The position numbers were made by a program, and so were the translations under genes. DNA of 64,000 nt from assembly GCA_964016885.1 (NCBI GenBank), contig OZ024751.1, forward strand, positions 24,800,001 to 24,864,000, in the 5' to 3' direction. The notes under the pieces are model-generated. The model searched no databases, had not been told where the DNA came from, and was given only the letters and a program-made list of their open reading frames with translations. Positions 54,391 to 64,000 of the stretch are shown piece by piece; position 1 is the first letter of the stretch, and each line of letters opens with the position of its first letter. The DNA comes from Eledone cirrhosa (Eukaryota).

Positions 54391-55316
54391 TAAAATTTAA
54401 CACCAGGTGATGTAGATGCTGTTGAAGGAGGTTTAGAGTTGGTGTGGGTCTTTGTTTTATTGTTGTATTTAGTGGCCAGGTATTTGCTAGGTTTGTGTTG
54501 CTTTTCTCTCTCCGGCCTCTCCAGGTGTCAAACTGGAGAGTCACACACACACACGCACACAGCCCCCCCCCCCCATATATACACAGGCACACACACACAT
54601 ACACATACATACACAGGTGTGTAGGCTTGGGCAACCTTTCTTGAGCAGTGAGCCACATAAGGTGTGGCACATCATAAGGTGAGCCTTACTACTAATAAAT
54701 TCAAGGAAATTTTGAAATTAGATGTACCATTCAGAAAAACATGTGGGCTGCATGTGGCTTGCGGGCCGCAGTTTACTGTTTTAAACCAAGGCTAGCATGC
54801 TTGAGCAGTAACTTGCATATATACATATGTATAGATGTATACATGATTTTAAAGCTAGGTTGCCATGCTCAAGCAATAGTATATGTATACATATATATAC
54901 TTTCTCTCTAAGACACAAGTGTATGAAAAGAATAACAAAATGTGTTTATATTTGTTTGTTTTAACAATGAGGTTTCTAATTTCAAAACTATATCTATATT
55001 AACACTTTCATGACCATATTTCTAATGAAGTATACTTACCTAAACATCTGTTGATTTTGGCTAAACTTCCAACTAAACAGTCGCACCTTTTATATTTAAA
55101 TATTATTTTGACTCCTATAAAGAGAATATGCACAAAGGCAACATGAGTCGATACATCAGGAGTGGCTCAATCACCTTTAAATGATAAATGGAATGAATTT
55201 GTTGTCTCAGAGTAGCAACTATTAATCTGATTTCTGAAGGACTTTGTGCAGAATGCTTAGTCAAAATGTAGAAATCAGATAACAAATCCCAAGAAAAATA
55301 TAATACATACATACAT

Positions 55317-55455
<139 letters not shown>

Positions 55456-55760
55456 GGAGGCACATGGCTTAGTGGTTAGAGCATTGGCCTTGCAATCGAA
55501 AGGTTGTGAGTTCAATTCTCAGACCGGGTGATGTGTTGTTTCCTTGAGCAAGACAATTTATTTCACATTGCTCCAGTTTACTCAGCTGTAGAAATGAGAT
55601 GATAGGGACTGCAAAGTGGTCGTGGAGGTGCCACGGCAAAAAAGCACCCAGCACTCACTGTAAATGAGGTTGGTGTTAAGAAGGGCATCCAGCTGTAGAA
55701 ATCAAGCCAGAATCAAGCAGGAAAAAGTGGACGTAAAATGAAATGGTGATGATGATGATA
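55456..55760 (+). mobile_element. SINE family A (internal deletions)
   Basis: Homology to the 41425 copy. Confidence 0.88.
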
Positions 55761-56037
55761 TATATACACATACACGTGTGTGTGTGTTGGGAAGTGCATC
55801 CAGCTGTAGATACCAAGCCAGAATACAGATCCATATGAGCCTGATGTGGATTTTCTTTTATACTGTAACAACCTGTCTAACCCATGCAAGCATGGTCGAT
55901 AGACAATAAATAAATACATTTTAAAGTGAAACCTTGTTATATCATACATTGTATATACACTCTGCAACTATGGCATTGGATGCTCACATTGGTGCCACAG
56001 GAATCAATAAAATTACTGAATAACTAATACTATATAT

Positions 56038-56364
56038 ATCATCATCATTTCATTTTACGTCCACTTTTCCCAGCTTGCATGGGTGGGACGGGAACTGATT
56101 CTGGCTTGATTTCTACAGCTGGATGCCCTTCCTAACACCAACCTCATTTACAGTGAGTGCTGGGTGCTTTTTTTTTTGCTGTGGCACCTCCACGACCACT
56201 TTGCAGTGGAATGATAGGGACCCCAGTCCCTATCATCTCATTTCTAGAGCAATGTGAAATAAAGTGTCTTGCTCAAGGAAACAACACATCACCCGGTCCG
56301 AGAATTGAACTCACCACCTTTCGATTGCAAGGCCAATGCTCTAACCACTAAGCCATGTGCCTCC
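56038..56364 (-). mobile_element. SINE family A
   Basis: Homology to the 41773 copy. Confidence 0.88.
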
Positions 56365-56694
56365 ATTATATATATATATATATAAATACACACACACACA
56401 AACATACATTCATACATATATATACACACACACATACATATATATGTATATATACACACACACAAACATACATTCATACATATATATAGACACACATACA
56501 TACATACATATGTATACATACATACACACACACACACATATATATCATCATCATCATCTTACGTCCGCTTTATATATATATATAATAAGTTACATTTATT
56601 ACATAACTGACATGTTTCGCCAATTAACAGGTGAGCAATATCTAGAACTGCTTAAGATTATGGGATACTTTTTGGTAAATTTTCAGTTTATACT

Positions 56695-56800
56695 ATATAA
56701 ATATATATATATATATATATAAAAATATATATATATATATAAAAATATATATAAAAATATATATAAATATATATATATATAAATATATATATATATAAAT

Positions 56801-56839
<39 letters not shown>

Positions 56840-56840
56840 A

Positions 56841-56875
<35 letters not shown>

Positions 56876-56897
56876 AATATATATAAATATATATATA

Positions 56898-56931
<34 letters not shown>

Positions 56932-56936
56932 AAAAA

Positions 56937-56978
<42 letters not shown>

Positions 56979-57059
56979 GATATAGATATATAATTATATA
57001 TATATATATATATGTAAATATATATATATATGTAAATATATATATATATAAAAATAAAT

Positions 57060-57114
<55 letters not shown>

Positions 57115-57115
57115 T

Positions 57116-57160
<45 letters not shown>

Positions 57161-57179
57161 TATATATATATAAATAAAT

Positions 57180-57210
<31 letters not shown>

Positions 57211-57318
57211 ATATATATATATATATATAAATAAATATATATATATATAAATATATATATATAAATATATATAATATATATATATATATATAATATATAT
57301 ATATATATATAAATAAAT

Positions 57319-57353
<35 letters not shown>

Positions 57354-57354
57354 A

Positions 57355-57400
<46 letters not shown>

Positions 57401-57444
57401 TATATATATAAATAAATATATATATATATAAATATATATATATA

Positions 57445-57491
<47 letters not shown>

Positions 57492-57504
57492 TATATATAT
57501 ATAA

Positions 57505-57545
<41 letters not shown>

Positions 57546-57586
57546 TATATATATATATATAAATAAATAAATATATATATATAAAA

Positions 57587-57621
<35 letters not shown>

Positions 57622-57718
57622 TATATATATATAAAAATATATATATATATATAAAAATATATATATATATATATATATAAAAATATATATATATATATAA
57701 AAATATATATAAATATAT
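56695..57718. repeat. ~1-kb (TA)n/(TAAA)n tract
   Basis: Almost purely A/T. Confidence 0.98.
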
Positions 57719-58556
57719 TTCTTTTTTATTTGACATTCCATTTTTTCTTTCCTAAAAAGAAATTGTACTACATTTATAGCAGTGAGATGGCAGTTGAAAT
57801 ATTCCATCTGAGCATGCTCTTAGGGTAGTAAAGGTGACTCTCACCTTTAGAATCTTAACTTTCTTGCCCAGCCCATTCTCTGAAAATGATATGTGGATGT
57901 GATAAACCCAGCACCTTCCCTCACACACATATTCCCTTTATTGGAATGTTTTGGTTGTTTTTTTTTTTGTGATTGGTTGATTTAAATAATTTTTTGAATA
58001 AAAGTTTCCAGAAACTTTGTGAAAATCTATTGTTAAATAACATTTATCATTTCCATCCTTTAGTTTGTTGTGTTTTTATTTTCATTTTTATTTTAATTTT
58101 CCTGTGTGTGTATAGTTTTTATTTATATTCTAAATATATATATATGTTTGTGTGTATCTTTCCTCCTCTCTCATATCATCCATTGTACACACACCATTCA
58201 GCTAAAACTAAACCTTAGTTTTGCTCTCTTCAACATACTTTTATTTTTTTTTAAATTCAAATCTAAAAATAAATAATAAAAAATAAATCTAAATAAAGCT
58301 TTTCAATTTAATGTATTTCATCTGTTGTTTTTCTGTTTTTGTTTGTTTTTTTTTGTTTTTTTTTGTTTGTTTGTTCATCAATACATGTTATGTTTTCCTG
58401 GTTATCTGACTTATTTCAAATAAAATACACTATTTCAATTAATTAATGAAGAAATTTGAAGGATTTACTAGAATTTTTAATTGAATTATTAAGATATTAA
58501 CTTATAGTTCTTATATAAAATTATATTTGAAAATGTTAATTTAAGGATAAACTCTT

Positions 58557-58666
58557 TAACCTTTTGGACGCTCCAGGCACATTAAGTCGCCTATGGAGTC
58601 CCCTTAATACATAATTCAGTGTCAAGGGAAGCAATTCATAAATGTCTCTAGAATGTTAAAGGTTAA
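58557..58666. mobile_element. Second TTAA-flanked MITE family (inverted copy near 39210-39325)
   Basis: ttaacctttt...aaaggttaa termini; shared ccccttaatacataa..cagtgt.aagggaag.aattcataaa. Confidence 0.55.
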
Positions 58667-60899
58667 AATAGGTGGTTTTGTTTCATAGAACCTGGTGTGG
58701 TTTGTGACGAGATTGCTATGAAGGGGTTAGGATATCAAGAAACTTACTTCAGTTTTCAACTATTTGCTGTGGAATATATGTAAATTAAGATGTTTGATTT
58801 GTAAAGAGAAATTTGGCCTAAACCTTTTATTACCATATTTCTTGTGAGTGACACAGACTGATTTTTAAATAATTTTGATAGTATGTAACAATTTTCTCAT
58901 TATTAACCTGATGTTTGGAGGATAACTTAACAAAGATTCTTACACAAATTTATGATTATTTATTAGATAAATACAAACACTTTAAAATAAACTGTTTTGT
59001 TTCATAGAACCAGGGTGAGTTGTGTTGATGTTAACTTAACAAGGTTTCTTACATAAAATTCGGAAGAAAGATTTTTAGGTAAATATATATAGCTTTGTAT
59101 CATAAAACCAAGGTTAGGTTTAGGTGTTTAGGTATTAGAAGTGTTAAGCTGGTGTTTAGAATATAACATAGAGGTTCTTGCATAAAATTATGAAGGAAGG
59201 TTTTTAGATAAAATTCTGAAGGGAGATTTTTAGGTAAATATCTACAGCTTTGTATCATAAAACCAAGGTTAGGTTTAGGTATTAGAAGTGTTAAGCTGGT
59301 GTTTAGATCATAATATAATAAAGGTTCTTACATAAAATTCTGAAAGATATTTAGATAAATATCCACAGCTTTGTATCAATGAACCAGGGTTATGTTTAGG
59401 GGTTAAGGTGTTTAGATATTAGAGGTGTTAAGCTGCTGTTTAGAGCATAACATAAAGGTTCTTATATAAAATTATGAAAGAATATTTTTAGATAAACATA
59501 AATATAAACGGCTTTGTATCATAGAAACCAGTCGGTTGTTTCAAGCCGCTTTCATATCAGGAGAAACTTTGTTATATACTGGGTTCTTGTTTGTTTTTTG
59601 TCTTTTTTTTTTTCAAAATTTGTTTGTTTAAATCTCCACAAATTGGGCTTATTTGACCTTCTCTTCTTTATTTATCACAACATAGCCACCACGATGACTT
59701 TGGTGAGTATTGTTGCCTTACTTCTTCACAAGAACCAGTTAGAAATAAAATATAACACTTTTTTGTTGTTTCACATTTTTATTTTTTTATATATTTTGTT
59801 TGCTTGTTGTTTTTTTTCTTTGTTTATTTCCCAGTTTTTTTTCATTAAACCAGAACAAATTCTTTTAGATATTGTCATTGTTATTATTCACATCACTAAA
59901 GTGCATTACCAAGCATGTTGTTCTTTGTTGGTTAAAGTACTTACTAGTTATGGAGTTAAATCCCTTATTTTTTTGGTGTTTTATTTTTAAAATTTATTTT
60001 GTTGTTGTTTTACACAGCCATTCTGGACATGTTAACCTTCACAAAAATCTCTTTTTGTTTGTTGGAAACACCACAAGGCATTCTTTTCTCCACTTCTTTT
60101 TTTTTTTTTTTTTTTATTCCTTTGGTTTTTCTGTTACTGTTTGTTCCAAATTCTACAACACTAAGATACTGTATGACCCATCCAACCTACACCAACATGG
60201 AATAAATGAATGCAAAATGATGATGGTGGCGACAGCGATGTTTAATGAAGGAATATATTTTTAGTGGAAGTTTTACTGAATAATCATCCAGACATGATGA
60301 AAGACACTGCCAGTGATTGTCATAAGAGGAACCCTATAGTTTATGTTGATTACGGATATATGAACAATCATGCAAACTGGGAAATTTGTATTTCAATAAA
60401 TTAATGATTTGCATAAGAGGAACCCTATAGTTTATGTTGGTTATGGACATATGGACAATTATACACACTGGGGAAATGTCTATTTTGATAATTTTTTGGG
60501 TGACCTAAGAGAAACCCTATAATTTATGCTGATTACATTTCTAGAATATAATTACATAAATGGACAGTATATATGAACAAATGACATACAAAATTAAATA
60601 TATGAGTAACTTAGGAGAAATAACTATTTTACATGGAGAAATCTAGAACTGAGGTTGTTGCAGTTGGAAAGCAATGTTTGGGTATGTCAATTTTAAAGAG
60701 TTACAGACATATAAATATACAAGCACGTGGCATACTTTTAAGGTTGATTGTTGCATGTGCATGTTGTTATTTACAGGGCTATCTTATATGGATCTACTTC
60801 ATCCCCTCTTCTCTCTTTCTCTTCCTCACTCTTCTCTCTTTCTCTTCCTCACTCTTCCTCCTCTTTTTCTTTTTATTTTCTCTCTCTCATTTCCTCCTC

Positions 60900-61640
60900 T
60901 CTGTCCTCTACATCTGTTGTGGGTCAGAGATTGGAGTGTTAGACTCCCTGTCTTGTACATCTGTTGTAGGTCAGAGATTGGAGTGTTAGACTCCCTGTCT
61001 TGTACATCTGTTGTAGGTCAGAGATTGGAGTGTTAGACTCCCTGTCTTGTACATCTGTTGTAGGTCAGAGATTGGAGTGTTAGACTCCCTGTCTTGTACA
61101 TCTGTTGTAGGTCAGAGATTGGAGTGTTGGACTCCGTCTTGTACATCTGTTGTAGGTCAGAGATTGGAGTGTTAGACTCCCTGTCTTGTACATCTGTTGT
61201 AGGTCAGAGATTGGAGTGTTAGACTCCCTGTCTTGTACATCTGTTGTAGGTCAGAGATTGGAGTGTTAGACTCCCTGTCTTGTACATCTGTTGTAGGTCA
61301 GAGATTGGAGTGTTAGACTCCGTCTTGTACATCTGTTGTAGGTCAGAGATTGGAGTGTTAGACTCCCTGTCTTGTACATCTGTTGTAGGTCAGAGATTGG
61401 ACTGTTAGACTCTCTGTCCTCTACATCTGTTGTGGGTCAGAGATTGGAGTGTTAGACTCTCTGTCCTCTACATCTGTTGTGGGTCAGAGATTGGACTGTT
61501 AGACTCTCTGTCCTCTACATCTGTTGTGGGTCAGAGATTGGACTGTTAGACTCTCTGTCCTCTACATCTGTTGTGGGTCAGATTGGAGTGTTAGACTCCC
61601 TGTCCTCTACATCTGTTGTAGGTCAGAGATTGGAGAGTTA
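60900..61640. repeat. 47-bp minisatellite, about 16 copies
   Basis: tacatctgttgtaggtcagagattggagtgttagactccctgtcttg repeated. Confidence 0.97.
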
Positions 61641-62239
61641 GGGCATTGGATGAGATACCTTGCAGTATTTGTTCCAGTTCTTTGCTTTCTCAGTTCACAT
61701 CCTGCTGTAGACTGAGTGATAAACTTTGTTAAACCACCCTGTTTAACATGGTTGCCTTACCCTTAGGTTCCTTTAACAGAGTTCACTTTATTGTAAGTAT
61801 TTGATTTTAGGTTACCTTCATCATTCACTCCCTTCGGTTTTGTAGGCCCCTAAAAAAGGTTAATGATCACTTCCCTTCCTTCACTGACTTTGTCTAGATT
61901 TCCATGCAGGCATGGGTTGGACAGGTCTTCAGGGTCCAAAGTCCTCTTATACAGATAGTTATTGCCCCCAAAACTTTGTCCGTCAAAATTTTCATGTTCA
62001 ATCTGTAAGGTGGTTGACATTAGAAAGAGTATCCAGTCATAGAAAACGAACCCTAAAATGGAATGTACGAGGATGATGTGATCACTTAACCTCTCATGCC
62101 TCGTAAATGTGACAACCCATCTAACTGATGATGCTGATCTTGTGATCAAGGAAACAGTTTCAGGTAAAATCTTGACCATGGAGGTGATTAAGTTCTTCTG
62201 GAATTCTGTGTTTTTATTAAAGTTTAATTTTGTTTTTTT

Positions 62240-62740
62240 TTATGTTTTATTGTAAACTATTACTTCCTGGACAGTTGATGTTTTTATTAAGGAACAAATA
62301 TAGGTCTGACTGAAGGCAAGTCCTGTCACCCACCTCATTGATGACTTCTGCGGCTTGGAATCATCTGCAAAGATTCTTATGCTGCTGTGCTTGATGATGT
62401 CAGTAATGTTATTAATCTAGATGATGAAAAGAAGTGGGCCCAACACAGTGCCTTATGGGACGCCACTGCTGACTTTGGCTGGGCTTGATTTTTACCCCTT
62501 CAACTACATGTTGGGCTTTGTCTGTCAGGAAACACTTGATCCACTCTAGTAACTTTCCAGAGACACCAATGCTGGATAGGTTTTTCAATAGAATCTTATG
62601 ATCAACCCTGTCAAAGGCCTTGCTGAAATCAAGCTAGATGTTGGAGTTGGAGTTCTCAGTTCCTGCATCTTTTTGATGATATTTTGTGTTAGGCAGTCCC
62701 TTCCATTATGGAACATTATGGACCCATGTTGTCAGCAGTC
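62240..62740 (-). mobile_element. CR1-type LINE reverse-transcriptase fragment (decayed)
   Basis: Minus strand LDFSKAFDRVDHKILLKNLSSIGVSGKLLEWIKCFL...SSGVP*GTVLGPLLFII*IN...IFADDSK. Confidence 0.9.
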
Positions 62741-62789
62741 ATATATATATATATATTGGAAAAGTAAATAACAACAAAGAGTACATTTA

Positions 62790-63183
62790 ATAACTGCCTT
62801 GACTTTAATCTAGTGTATAAATGCATTGTTAAAACTAATGATAAGTTGTATAACTATATACGATTATCATTAGTTCATCTAAGTTTAAGGAAAGGTGGTA
62901 TGACCATACGCATACATTTAGAAGAATGGATAAGAAATTTTCAACTTCCCTATCTCAGTTAATATGGTCTATAAAAAATAAAAACATAGATTACTCATCT
63001 TGGCATAAGCTGGCTAACGCCTTACCTTATGTTAATTCTTCTATTTATAAAAATTGTAATCTCTGTAATACTGAAATTCTTCATATTATTAGTAATACAC
63101 AATCTATTATTAATAAAAGAACAGAAATCTTCAGCAGCTGCTTGCACCAAATTTCTAGATCTTTTCACAGAATATATAACTAA
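62790..63183 (+). mobile_element. Penelope-like element GIY-YIG endonuclease remnant (frameshifted)
   Basis: CLDFNLVYKCIVKTNDKLYNYIR / frameshift / FKERWYDHTHTFRRMDKKFSTSLSQLIWSIK...W...A.PY...CNLCNTE...INKRTEIFSSCLH fits the PLE endonuclease pattern VY...YIG...R..H...LS..IW...CxLC..E...NKRxE. Confidence 0.8.
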
Positions 63184-63242
63184 ATTTGCATATTTGTATG
63201 ATTGATTTAATAGTTACCTGTGTGTGTATATATATATATATA

Positions 63243-63428
63243 TACCAAAGGAACCAGATGGACCATAACGCACCAGAGTACTCAATACCTAGGGTAGTAG
63301 AGTGGGAAATAGGAAAAAGTATGACCCCCGACGGCAGAGCTCAAGCCCGTTTCGACGGCTATTTCTGAGTCCAGAAATAGCCGTCGAAACGGCTTGAGCT
63401 CTGCAGTCGGGGTCATACTTTTTCCTAT
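63243..63428. mobile_element. PLE-type terminal repeat with ~58-bp-arm fold-back (same family as 14055)
   Basis: ataggaaaaagtatgaccccc...gtttcgacggctatttctg-agtc-cagaaatagccgtcgaaac...ggggtcatactttttcctat. Confidence 0.7.
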
Positions 63429-63863
63429 ATATATATGTATAATTATAAGTTTTCTTAGATATATACATATCTATATCGTAACAACATAAGTGGCACTATT
63501 TATATTCCTTGACAATATATTATGCTTACATTATAGGGTTCAATAATAAATTCTTACCCCCCCCCCCCACACCATTTCTAAAACCTTATATAATTTTTAT
63601 CATGACTAATCAAAGTTCTTCCACTTTGTTTATTTACTTATGTAAATACATTCCTCACTATATCTAGTATATTCCTTTATTTTTTCGTAACATTAGAATA
63701 TAATATATATATCGATTTACCTATACACATACATATATAAGTGTATGTATGTATGTGTGTGTGTATATATGTGTATGTAAAAGGTAAACAGAAATAACAA
63801 CACAATTGCTACAGTATATGGAAGGGATATATAGGTTAACGCTTGATATAGCAGGAAGAGGGT

Positions 63864-63897
63864 ATTAATGTTTTGGACGCTAGTCCTTCATCAGGAG
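63864..63897 (-). ncRNA. Decayed minimal hammerhead motif
   Basis: Minus strand c CTGATGA a-ggac-tagc-gtcc AAAACATT a, consistent with CpG decay of CCGAAACGTT; stem I not evident. Confidence 0.45.
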
Positions 63898-64000
63898 AAA
63901 GAATAAGAAATAAGATAGATTGAGGGGACGGGCGGGATGGAATTGGAAAAAATGTCTTTAGATAAAATACAGGTCCATTCATGTTGACATCTCATGCACA

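Noticed and set aside
56683-57807. 374-aa and 347-aa Ile/Tyr ORFs
   Set aside because: Translations of a (TA)n tract; the same applies to the HT/VC/SL ORFs at 18.0-18.9, 23.1-23.4, 29.3-29.8, 53.1-54.4 and 55.1-55.5 kb.

Overview
AT-rich, repeat-dense animal genomic DNA. The SINE and microsatellite repertoire resembles an octopus (cephalopod) genome; this is an inference. One host gene is well supported: a + strand DUSP8/DUSP16 (MKP7)-like MAP-kinase phosphatase with five coding exons in the window (2144-2318, 30953-31134, 32772-32919, 33621-33744, 35901-37644). These join in frame to 790 aa; the N-terminus lies upstream of the window, and the first intron here is 28.6 kb. The rest is SINEs, mariner- and piggyBac-type MITEs, a Helitron-like element, RTE/CR1 LINE fragments, a Penelope-like (PLE) GIY-YIG endonuclease remnant, and many mini- and microsatellites. 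The most striking unannotated signal is a dispersed set of minimal type-I hammerhead-ribozyme motifs (CTGANGA-stem II-GAAA-stem III-UH) from several sequence families. Two have an intact core (1841-1885 minus; 12034-12080 plus, sense within the DUSP intron). Many sit at or near the pivot of fold-back inverted duplications, and several have a mismatched first pair of stem II. All calls were read by eye; no searches or folding computations were run.
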